From NCBI GenBank assembly GCA_016861085.1, contig BOKR01000001.1, positions 515,271 through 579,270 of the forward strand: a DNA stretch of 64,000 bases, read 5' to 3'. Below the pieces are notes generated by a model. It saw nothing but the letters and a program-made list of their open reading frames with translations. It did no database searches and was not told the DNA's origin. Of the stretch, positions 1 through 8,053 are shown in pieces. Numbering within the stretch: position 1 is the first letter of the stretch; every line of letters begins with the position of its first letter. The DNA is from Patescibacteria group bacterium (GTDB lineage: Bacteria; Patescibacteriota; Microgenomatia; UBA1400; PJMF01). Position numbers and translations under genes: made by a program.

Positions 1-612
1 AGTTTCTATGCTACAAAAACCATGACTACCGGTGAAGGTGGTATGCTTACCACAAATAATAAAAAGATTGCTGATTTTGTTGCACGAAACAGGTTGCATG
101 GGATTTCCAGGGATGCATGGAAACGATACCGTAAAGATGGTAGTTGGAAATATGATGTGCTCTATGCTGGCTTCAAATACAATATGACTGATGTTCAGGC
201 CTCGCTCGGTATTCACCAGCTATCTCGTTTAGAAAAATTCATAGAACAAAGAACAAAAATAGTTGGTCTTTATAAAAAAGGATTTTCTAAGAATAAACAT
301 ATCCAGATGCTTTCTACTCCAAATACCGTTAGACATTCATATCACCTCTGTCCTATTTTAGTGACGGGAGTAAAAAGAGACGAGCTTATTAAAAAGTTGA
401 CAGAAATGGAAATTGGTACGAGTGTACATTTTATTCCAATTCACCAGTTTAGTTATTATAAAAAATTTTATCCCGTCAAGAAAAATGATTTGCAAGTAAC
501 TGATTCTGTTTTTAAGCACATTTTGTCTTTACCTTTATTTCCGACTCTTAAACAAGAAGAGATTAATAGGGTTATTAATGCTGTAAATGCCTTGACTTTA
601 GATAGTAAATAG
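1..612 (+). CDS. DegT/DnrJ/EryC1/StrS-family PLP-dependent sugar aminotransferase (PseC/LegC-like); 5' partial, begins before the window
   Basis: Frame continues from position 1 as ...SFYATKTMTTGEGGMLTT, the family's lysine-containing active-site motif. Stop at 612. Confidence 0.8.
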   Translation, partial: SFYATKTMTTGEGGMLTTNNKKIADFVARNRLHGISRDAWKRYRKDGSWKYDVLYAGFKYNMTDVQASLGIHQLSRLEKFIEQRTKIVGLYKKGFSKNKHIQMLSTPNTVRHSYHLCPILVTGVKRDELIKKLTEMEIGTSVHFIPIHQFSYYKKFYPVKKNDLQVTDSVFKHILSLPLFPTLKQEEINRVINAVNALTLDSK

Positions 613-624
613 AAAAGAGGTTCT

Positions 625-1767
625 ATGAAAACTAAACATAGTGTTCCTAATTTTAAGTTAGGAAAGAAAAATGTTGGTAAAAATAGTCCAGTCTTCATTA
701 TTGGAGAGATTGGTATTAATTATGATGGAGAAAGAAAGAAAGCTTTAAAACTTATCTCAGTTGCTGCAAAAGCAGGTGTTGATGCTGTCAAATTTCAAAT
801 ATTTAAGTCAAAACGTATGTACAGTGAAAATGCCGGAAGTTTAATAGTTGCCTCAGGTGATAAGGTTGATATTCATGATCTCATTAAAAAAATGGAGCTG
901 CCATATGAGTGGCTCAAAGAATTAAAGTCATATGCAGAAGATAGGGGTGTAGAGTTTTTTGCATCAGTGTGTGATGAAATAAGTGCTGATGCATTGTTTG
1001 AAACAAAGCCCTGTGCATTCAAAATTGCTTCTTATGAGATAACACATTTACCGTTACTGGAATACGTAACAAAAAAGAAGCTACCTATTGTTCTCTCATG
1101 TGGTGGTGCGACCATGCTTGAGGTTTCTGAAGCTATACAAACAATTAAGGAGGCAGGAGGAAAAGATATTGTTTTAATGCATTGTATTTCTCAATATGAT
1201 GTTCCTCTTACAAAACTGAATCTCAATGTTCTAAAGACTCTGCAGTTACAATTTCCAGATTTAGTCATTGGTTATTCTGATCATTCCGCTCACCCAACAC
1301 TTGCTCCTGTTACCGCAGTAGCACTTGGAGCAAAGGTAATTGAAAAGCACATCACACTGGACAAATCTAGTGAGGGACCTGATCACTCATTTGCTTTAGA
1401 GCCAGATGAACTTGCAGAAATGGTTCAAGCTATCAGAGAAGCAGAACAAAAATTGAAAGATGGAGAGACTGTTGCAGTTTCCCAGAAGACGTTGGGTAGC
1501 TCTGAGCGCATGACATTTAAAAACGAAGTATATGTGCGAAAGTTTGCTTATCGACTGTTATATGCAACACAGCCGATTAAAGTTGGTGACCTTATAACCA
1601 CCAACAATATAGCTGTTCTTCGCTCTGGTGAGAATTATAAAAAGTATTTGAAGATTGGCTTGCACCCTAGATACTACAAATTAATTGTTGAACCTGGTGT
1701 ATATAGAGCTCAACGAAATATTAAAGTTGGTCAAGCAATTTCATGGAATGATATACTGGCACGGTGA
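625..1767 (+). CDS. NeuB-family nonulosonic acid synthase (N-acetylneuraminate/pseudaminic/legionaminic acid synthase) with C-terminal SAF domain
   Basis: PVFIIGEIGINYDG...KAGVDAVKFQ motif at the N-terminus of the TIM barrel. SAF-like C-terminus (IAVLRSGENY...KVGQAISWNDI). RBS-like agagg upstream. Confidence 0.8.
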   Translation: MKTKHSVPNFKLGKKNVGKNSPVFIIGEIGINYDGERKKALKLISVAAKAGVDAVKFQIFKSKRMYSENAGSLIVASGDKVDIHDLIKKMELPYEWLKELKSYAEDRGVEFFASVCDEISADALFETKPCAFKIASYEITHLPLLEYVTKKKLPIVLSCGGATMLEVSEAIQTIKEAGGKDIVLMHCISQYDVPLTKLNLNVLKTLQLQFPDLVIGYSDHSAHPTLAPVTAVALGAKVIEKHITLDKSSEGPDHSFALEPDELAEMVQAIREAEQKLKDGETVAVSQKTLGSSERMTFKNEVYVRKFAYRLLYATQPIKVGDLITTNNIAVLRSGENYKKYLKIGLHPRYYKLIVEPGVYRAQRNIKVGQAISWNDILAR

Positions 1768-2441
1768 AAACAATTACTGTTTCAATAATTATCAGAACTC
1801 ACAATAATCGTGATACAGTACGAAAAGCTGTTGAAAGCGCTCTGAATCAAGTGGTTGAAAGTTTGAATGTTGAAGTTGTTTTGATCGATGATGCTTCAAG
1901 AGATGAGTCGTTTGAAGAAATTGCCGATTACCTTGATCAAGTTTCTTATATTAAGACAAATGGTTTGGGTGCAGTAGCAGCACTAAACCTCGGAATTGTG
2001 AGAGCTACTGGGCAGTATTTTACTATTTTAGATGCGGATGATTTTCTTCCCTCAAATGCGGTAAGAAGTTTAATAAATCCATTTTTGAAAGAAGAAAACA
2101 TTGCTGCAGTATATGGTGATTACTATGAAATTGCTGTTGGCTCAAAAAGTAAAAAGCTAAAAAAAACTTCCCAAAATATTTTTAATACTGTTGCTGGTGG
2201 AATTTTGTTCAAAAAAAAATTAGTTGCTAGTAGTGGCTTATATGATACTTCCCTTTTTTTTCCAGAATACGACCTCTTGATTAAGTTAGAGAGAAAATAT
2301 AAACTGGTTCATGTTAATAAGGTAGTTTACAACTATGTGAGAAGCGGACAAAGCCTTACAGCTTCTGCCCAAAAAGTGATAGAAGGTGTGAAACAACTAG
2401 AAAAAAAATATGGCAAAAAACTACCAATTAGAGAATATTAA
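1764..2441 (+). CDS. Short GT2-family glycosyltransferase
   Basis: VSIIIRTHN, IDDASRDES and DADDF (DxD) motifs of GT-A family 2. GTG start overlapping the upstream stop. Confidence 0.65.
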   Translation: MKTITVSIIIRTHNNRDTVRKAVESALNQVVESLNVEVVLIDDASRDESFEEIADYLDQVSYIKTNGLGAVAALNLGIVRATGQYFTILDADDFLPSNAVRSLINPFLKEENIAAVYGDYYEIAVGSKSKKLKKTSQNIFNTVAGGILFKKKLVASSGLYDTSLFFPEYDLLIKLERKYKLVHVNKVVYNYVRSGQSLTASAQKVIEGVKQLEKKYGKKLPIREY

Positions 2442-2889
2442 AATTGTCGAAATGTTAGAAAGTGACTTGGAGTTATTGCTTTCTTGGAGATCTCATCCTG
2501 ATGCATATATTTTTTTTAAAAGTCAGAAAGGACCACTTAGGTGGTCAGAACACTTCAATTTTTGGCATAATCGTAAGAACAGGGTTGATTTCATCATTTT
2601 TTTTAAGGAAAGTAAAAGATGGAGAAAAGTTGGTAGTATCAACCTCAGTAGATTAGAAACTGAATTACCAGAAATTGGTATTATAATTGGAGAAATGACT
2701 TTACATGGAAATGGGATAGGAACAAAAGCTCTTTCTTTAGGTCTTGAGTGGCTAAAAGATGCTGGCTATAAGAAAGCATTAGCTGTGATTAACACTAAAA
2801 ACGAAGCAAGTAAAAAAATATTTTCAAAAAATGGTTTTGAAAAGAAACACAAAATAGATGTTTGGGAAGAATATACAAAAAACTTATGA
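2410..2889 (+). CDS. GNAT N-acetyltransferase, PseH-like (acetylates the 4-amino sugar nucleotide in pseudaminic-acid-type pathways)
   Basis: GNAT core IGIIIGEMTLHGNGIGTKAL and an N-terminal ...DLELLLSWRS motif typical of PseH. Sits between the NeuB-like synthase and other sugar-tailoring genes. Confidence 0.6.
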   Translation: MAKNYQLENIKIVEMLESDLELLLSWRSHPDAYIFFKSQKGPLRWSEHFNFWHNRKNRVDFIIFFKESKRWRKVGSINLSRLETELPEIGIIIGEMTLHGNGIGTKALSLGLEWLKDAGYKKALAVINTKNEASKKIFSKNGFEKKHKIDVWEEYTKNL

Positions 2890-4193
2890 GTAGCATAAAA
2901 GATCTAATTGCAGAGTCTTATTTGTTGCGTCGAAGTTATGTTGCGGCAGACCTCGTTGAAGCAATTAATAACTTGGCAAAGCATACAAAAGTTGCATACA
3001 AAGACTACACATTCAAGTCTGGTTTAGAGCATAATGGTTGGGTTGTTCCAAGTGATTGGTCAGTTTCGGAAGCAAAAATTTATAAGGATAATACACTTAT
3101 CTATGATGGGATGTTACATCCACTTTCAGTGATTACTCAGTCAGCTTCTTTTACTGGCAAAATCACTCTGCAAGAACTCAAAAAGCATTTATATTTTGCT
3201 CCTCGAAAACCACATGCTATTCCTTTTCACTTTAGACTTTCGTATCGGCCCTGGCAAAAAGAGTGGGGATTTTGTTTGCCAAAAAATGTATTTGATTCTT
3301 TGGCTCCTGGTGAGTATGATGTGAAACTAAATACAACAGAGAAACCAGGAGAGATGGTTGTAAGAGAGTTTACGATACCTGGAAAGTCTAAAGAAACCAT
3401 TGTTTTTGCTGCACACATAGATCATCCAGGTATGTGCAATGATGATCTTGCTGGTTGTGCGGTCGGGGTTTCTTTGTTAAATGCCATCAAAAAACAATTT
3501 AAAAAAACTAAATATACCTACAAATTAATTTTGGTTCAGGAAATTGTTGGTTCAGTCTTTTACCTGAATGCACTCACGACAGAAGAGTTGAAAAACATTA
3601 AATATTCATTATTTTTAGAAATGCTTGGAAATGACAACACAATCAACTTGCAGAAGTCTTTTTTAGGGAACACTTACATAGATGCTGTCTGCACAACAGC
3701 CCTAAATAGCCTAAAAAACCTCTATAGAGTTTGTTCATTTAGAGAATCAGCCGGTAATGATGAAATAGTTTTTGAAGCTCCTGGCTATGAAATTCCAATG
3801 CCATCTATTTCTCGTTGGCCATATGATGAGTATCACACCAGCGATGATAACCTGGAAATTATTCATGAAGATAAACTGCAAGAATCTTTAGAATATTTGC
3901 TAAATATTGTATTTATTTTAGAGAACGATGTTTATGTAAAAAGGACATTTACGGGTATAGTCAGTTTAGCAAACCCAAAATATGATTTGTATATTGATCC
4001 AGGACAAATATTCACAGGTGGTTTGCATCAAAATAATAACGCCACTCAGTTTCAATATATGATGCCAAGACTTCTTGATGGCACATGCAAGATTTCCGAG
4101 CTAGCTCAAAAATTTAATTTAGATTTTAGTTGGTTGTTCAATTATTTGAACAAAATGAAAGAAAAAGGACTTGTACTATTTTTGGAGAAATAA
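2886..4193 (+). CDS. DUF4910/M28-like metallohydrolase-fold protein (aminopeptidase-like domain) in a sugar-tailoring context
   Basis: IVFAAHIDHPGMCNDDLAGCAVGVSLLNAI resembles the M28 Zn-binding region. Start chosen at the ATG overlapping the GNAT TGA stop (ATGA); the ORF track start is 2862. Confidence 0.5.
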   Translation: MSSIKDLIAESYLLRRSYVAADLVEAINNLAKHTKVAYKDYTFKSGLEHNGWVVPSDWSVSEAKIYKDNTLIYDGMLHPLSVITQSASFTGKITLQELKKHLYFAPRKPHAIPFHFRLSYRPWQKEWGFCLPKNVFDSLAPGEYDVKLNTTEKPGEMVVREFTIPGKSKETIVFAAHIDHPGMCNDDLAGCAVGVSLLNAIKKQFKKTKYTYKLILVQEIVGSVFYLNALTTEELKNIKYSLFLEMLGNDNTINLQKSFLGNTYIDAVCTTALNSLKNLYRVCSFRESAGNDEIVFEAPGYEIPMPSISRWPYDEYHTSDDNLEIIHEDKLQESLEYLLNIVFILENDVYVKRTFTGIVSLANPKYDLYIDPGQIFTGGLHQNNNATQFQYMMPRLLDGTCKISELAQKFNLDFSWLFNYLNKMKEKGLVLFLEK

Positions 4194-4197
4194 CAAG

Positions 4198-5214
4198 ATG
4201 AAATTAAAAGTTGGCAAAAAAGTTGATCCAAAAAAATTCAAGCTCGGGCAAATTGAAGATACCAAGAAACTTCATAAAAGAACTGCGAACTTAATAAAAA
4301 GTTATGCTTTAAAAGCAGATGTTATTTTGAATAGTTGTTATCTATGTGGAGAGAAGCTTCCTGACGGTTCATTTGTTACAATCTATAATTTTGATTATTC
4401 CTTCTGCTCCAGTTGTGGGCACTTATCTGGAAAAAAGAGATTAAGTGATCAAAACCTTCAAAAATACTATCAAGAGAATCTTGATTACTCAAAAACATAT
4501 ACTGATGCAACACAGATTCAATATAGACTGAAAAATATTGCACAACCTAAAGTCAAGTTTGTGATGGAACACATTAAGCAGCCAAAAGAAGGGGTTTGGC
4601 TAGATGTTGGTTGTGCCATAGGTGATGTAGTCAAAGTTGTAGAAGAATATGAAAATTGGTCAGCAATAGGATGTGACATCAGTAAACCCTCAATAGAAAT
4701 GGGCAGAAAGCTATTCAATATAGATTTACGACAGGAAAATATTAGCGATTTTCTAGGAAAGAACCCAAGATTACTTTTTGATGTAGTGTCATTTTTTGGT
4801 TATTTCGCTGTAACTTCAAGTCCGCTAAAAGACATGGAGCTTGCTGTCAAGCATTTAAAAAAGCATGGATATATTGTAGTTGGGGATTCAAATGCAGATT
4901 CATTTTCTACAATTATTCAGAAAAGCTACCCTGAATTTTCTACTCGCCACATACTACCACCAAACACCACTCATCAGTTTACAAAAAAATCGATTGAATA
5001 TATTTTTAAAAAATTTGGTATAACTCCAATAGCATACTGGAATTTTGGTTTAGATTTTTTTGAGCTATTGAAGTATTTATCTTTAATGAACAATTCGTTT
5101 CAGGATACACCACTTTGCAACTTTTTAATGGAGAACCTCAATGAATTCCAAAAAGTCATAGATAAAAAATGTATGGGCGACTATTTTATAGTAATAGGCC
5201 AAAAGACGAAGTAG
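4198..5214 (+). CDS. Class I SAM-dependent methyltransferase with N-terminal Cys4 zinc-ribbon (sugar C-methyltransferase-like architecture)
   Basis: CYLCGEK...CSSCGH zinc-binding pairs followed by a Rossmann SAM motif WLDVGCAIGD. ATG 4198 follows the upstream TAA. Confidence 0.6.
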   Translation: MKLKVGKKVDPKKFKLGQIEDTKKLHKRTANLIKSYALKADVILNSCYLCGEKLPDGSFVTIYNFDYSFCSSCGHLSGKKRLSDQNLQKYYQENLDYSKTYTDATQIQYRLKNIAQPKVKFVMEHIKQPKEGVWLDVGCAIGDVVKVVEEYENWSAIGCDISKPSIEMGRKLFNIDLRQENISDFLGKNPRLLFDVVSFFGYFAVTSSPLKDMELAVKHLKKHGYIVVGDSNADSFSTIIQKSYPEFSTRHILPPNTTHQFTKKSIEYIFKKFGITPIAYWNFGLDFFELLKYLSLMNNSFQDTPLCNFLMENLNEFQKVIDKKCMGDYFIVIGQKTK

Positions 5215-5227
5215 TTTGTACAAACTA
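5212..5227. terminator. Perfect 16-nt palindrome tagtttgtacaaacta spanning the stop codons of two convergent genes; possible bidirectional terminator or RNA hairpin
   Basis: Read directly: TAG of the + gene (5212-5214) and TAG of the - gene (5225-5227, reverse complement) are the two palindrome ends. Confidence 0.3.
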
Positions 5228-6478
5228 TTCTAGCACTACATAGTCTGAGATTGCAGCTTTTGCATCATAGGATTTTAAAAATAAAGCTACTATTCTCCTC
5301 GATACTGGAACTCCCAAAGTTTTTTCTAGGAATAGGATTGGGTAAACTAGCCAACTGAATTTTGGTTGATATGTTGTTTGTATTTTGCACTTACTAATAT
5401 CTTGTTTTAGATAACTTGCAATCCTATCAACAGATTTTCCATCGAGTCTATAGTAATTCTCTCGTAAATATTTTGACTGAAATTCTTTATATTTTTTTTC
5501 CCGTTTTTTATCTAAATTTTTTTCTATTATATCTTGCAATTCATCAAGTGTTCTAACGATCGGGTTTCCTGGACTACATTCTGTGAGGAAAGAGTCATAC
5601 TCTTTGTATGGAGCAAGTTGTATTGTTTTGATTCCTTTAATCCAGCATTCCGATGAAACTGTTGAACTCCAGTGTATAGCCATGTCAACACTTTTAATAC
5701 AATTATATAAAGAATATTGTTCCAAAAGAATAAAGTTACTAGCAGTAATTTTTTTGTAAGCAAGAGAGCTTTCTAATGGATGAGGTTTTACGATAATATT
5801 GTAATGGGGTAGTCGCTCACATAGTTTTTGAATTATTTCTATATATTTTTGTTTTGTTAGTGCAACACAAGTATTACTTTTCATCAGTTGCTTAATCGCC
5901 TTACTAAAATAGTTATCCGTTCTTAAATATTCTTCTGAGATTGTTACGAAAGAAGTAAAGAAAAATATGTTTTTTTTCTTCAAATTTGTGTTAACTTTTT
6001 TACTAAATTCTTTTCTCGAAAAAAATTGTCCACCTTTATTTCTAACTAAAAAGTCAATCTTGGGAGAACCAGTGATTTTAATTTTTTTTGGGCTAATATC
6101 AGTTTTAGCAAGTAGTTTTTCGTATCTTTTGCCTGGTATGAATATTTTTGTGAAGTATGTATTGTATGTAATATCTGGATTAAGTAGGAGATCTTCTATT
6201 GCTGGAATTACAGTAATTTCAGCAGGAACTACATATAGTAAAGCTCCAGAATCCAAAACATATTTTGCTAAATCTCTACAACCTTTTTCTAATGTTTGAG
6301 GAATAAATACTATGTCTGGTTTTATTTTATATAAGTAGTAGTACATTCTTTGGATTTCCCCTAGCCCACCAACTATGCTGACTTTTGCACTCAGAGTTTT
6401 TGCCAAAGTTTTTTGTAATAAGATTAAGTAATCTAGTTCTCTTGCTTTGTAGTTACTAAAAATTAATATTTTCTTCAT
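5225..6478 (-). CDS. GT-B-like transferase with KPHP motif: Capsule_synth (KpsC/KpsS)-like or TagB/TagF-like glycosyl/polyol-phosphate transferase
   Basis: ...NIIVKPHPLESS... (HP catalytic motif shared by TagF and KpsS/KpsC families). 417 aa with no TM segments. Confidence 0.45.
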   Translation of the reverse strand: MKKILIFSNYKARELDYLILLQKTLAKTLSAKVSIVGGLGEIQRMYYYLYKIKPDIVFIPQTLEKGCRDLAKYVLDSGALLYVVPAEITVIPAIEDLLLNPDITYNTYFTKIFIPGKRYEKLLAKTDISPKKIKITGSPKIDFLVRNKGGQFFSRKEFSKKVNTNLKKKNIFFFTSFVTISEEYLRTDNYFSKAIKQLMKSNTCVALTKQKYIEIIQKLCERLPHYNIIVKPHPLESSLAYKKITASNFILLEQYSLYNCIKSVDMAIHWSSTVSSECWIKGIKTIQLAPYKEYDSFLTECSPGNPIVRTLDELQDIIEKNLDKKREKKYKEFQSKYLRENYYRLDGKSVDRIASYLKQDISKCKIQTTYQPKFSWLVYPILFLEKTLGVPVSRRIVALFLKSYDAKAAISDYVVLE

Positions 6479-7185
6479 TTTTTCTTGCCTACTATATAAA
6501 GCGTGTACCCATAGTCAAAAGGAAGTTGATGTTCTAACCAAATAAGGGGATTTATAATTCTTCTAACTAATAGCCCGAATGGGCCGATTTTTCCTCTGCT
6601 ACCCAAAAATATTCTATCGAAAGCATCAAAAAAAATAGAAAAAATGTTAGAAAAAATTGGAGCTATGAATAATCCCTTTTCTACCTGTAGCTTGGGAATT
6701 AAGTCAAAATGTTTCATCTTTTTGATAATTCTTTTTCTGTTTATATATTGGTTTGGAGTAAGGAACTGATATATATTAAATATTTTGTATATCAAATGGT
6801 CTACTGCGCAACTAAAAATAATTATTCCATTTTTTTTCAATACTTTATTAACCTCTTTAAAAAAATGATTTAATTCTGAATTAGTCATGTATTGGATAAC
6901 GCCGATAAGAATAATAAGATCAATTGAATTCTTTTTTCCTAAATTTGGTACCATTTTTTTTTCAATCTTTTTAAAATTTATTTTTTTATTTTTATATTTC
7001 TTATTAGCTATAACCAAGCAGTCTTTACTTACTTCATACCCGGTATAGCGAATAATATTGTTGATGTTTAAGTAATCTATAAAAAAGCCATTTCCACATC
7101 CATAATCCACTACCGTAATTTTTTTATCTCCAAAATATTGGTTAATTAAATTGCTAATGTAGTTGTGTGTATTAGACATACTCAA
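6475..7185 (-). CDS. Class I SAM-dependent methyltransferase
   Basis: VVDYGCGNGFF motif I. Post-I acidic residue (GYEVS). Confidence 0.65.
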   Translation of the reverse strand: MSMSNTHNYISNLINQYFGDKKITVVDYGCGNGFFIDYLNINNIIRYTGYEVSKDCLVIANKKYKNKKINFKKIEKKMVPNLGKKNSIDLIILIGVIQYMTNSELNHFFKEVNKVLKKNGIIIFSCAVDHLIYKIFNIYQFLTPNQYINRKRIIKKMKHFDLIPKLQVEKGLFIAPIFSNIFSIFFDAFDRIFLGSRGKIGPFGLLVRRIINPLIWLEHQLPFDYGYTLYIVGKKK

Positions 7186-8053
7186 GTATTTTTTTTACTG
7201 CTTTACTTTTTTTTGATACAGCTACCAAATTTACTGTTTTAGGAAAATTGTAATTAGCATTAATCAAAGAAAGTTTTTCATTATTATCAAATTTAAATAC
7301 AAAAAAATTATTGTTTTTAAGTAGTTCTATTAATTCTTTGGACTTATATCCAAAGTCTGCTATTTTTTTGTTTAACTCAAATAGAATTATACTTATTTTA
7401 TTTTCACGAAAACAATTTTTGGCTCCTTGAAATACAAACAGTTCAGCCCCTTCAACGTCCACTTTAAGAAAATCAATATAATTAATGCCCTTTTCTTTTA
7501 CAAAAGTGTCTAGAGTTATGCAATTAACTATTTTTACATTTTTATCTTCGATATTTTCAGATGCTATGTGATTTATTTCAGACTCAGCCTCCAGAACAAA
7601 CTTGATTTTCCCATTTTTCTTTGATACCGCTTTTTGAATTATCTCAACTCTTTTGCTGAAACCGTTGATTGCTATGTTTTCCTTTAGTAGTGGAATTAAG
7701 CTATCGGTCGGTTCAAAAGCAAAAACTTTTACATTTTTTCCTTTTGAAGCAGCTAAAATTGATTCAGAGCCGATATTTGCGCCCACATCAATAACTAAAT
7801 CACCATTAGTAATCGTTTTGTTTATAAAGTTCATTTCTTCATATTCCGGGAAATTGGCGTATACAACAAAGCTCCCATAAGAACTGTTGGGATAACATAT
7901 AAGTTTAGCAGACTTAGTGATTTGTATTATTGCGGGGATTTTAAAAAAAACTTGATTCAGTTTCCACCAAATTATTTTTAAGAAAGTCTCTCTCTTTCGA
8001 TTTCTATTTAGTGGGTGGTTAAGAAGCTTCTTTAGTTGGTTTATCTTTTGCAT
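7172..8053 (-). CDS. FkbM-family methyltransferase
   Basis: LVIDVGANIGSESI...VFAFEP and a C-terminal FLKVDVEGAE motif characteristic of the FkbM family. Confidence 0.7.
   Translation of the reverse strand: MQKINQLKKLLNHPLNRNRKRETFLKIIWWKLNQVFFKIPAIIQITKSAKLICYPNSSYGSFVVYANFPEYEEMNFINKTITNGDLVIDVGANIGSESILAASKGKNVKVFAFEPTDSLIPLLKENIAINGFSKRVEIIQKAVSKKNGKIKFVLEAESEINHIASENIEDKNVKIVNCITLDTFVKEKGINYIDFLKVDVEGAELFVFQGAKNCFRENKISIILFELNKKIADFGYKSKELIELLKNNNFFVFKFDNNEKLSLINANYNFPKTVNLVAVSKKSKAVKKILEYV

Noticed and set aside
468-698. 76-aa ORF on the minus strand
   Set aside because: It lies antisense within the end of the DegT-like gene and the start of the NeuB-like gene. Its composition is low-complexity AT-rich, so it is a spurious ORF.
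2462-2656. 64-aa ORF on the plus strand
   Set aside because: It is an alternate frame inside the GNAT gene with no independent support.
3227-3418. 63-aa antisense ORF
   Set aside because: It lies inside the DUF4910-like gene and is spurious.
4518-4718. 66-aa antisense ORF
   Set aside because: It lies inside the zinc-ribbon methyltransferase gene and is spurious.
5527-6299. Two short ORFs (5527-5763 on the minus strand, 5967-6299 on the plus strand)
   Set aside because: Both lie within or antisense to the 5225-6478 gene, which has a coherent 417-aa product.
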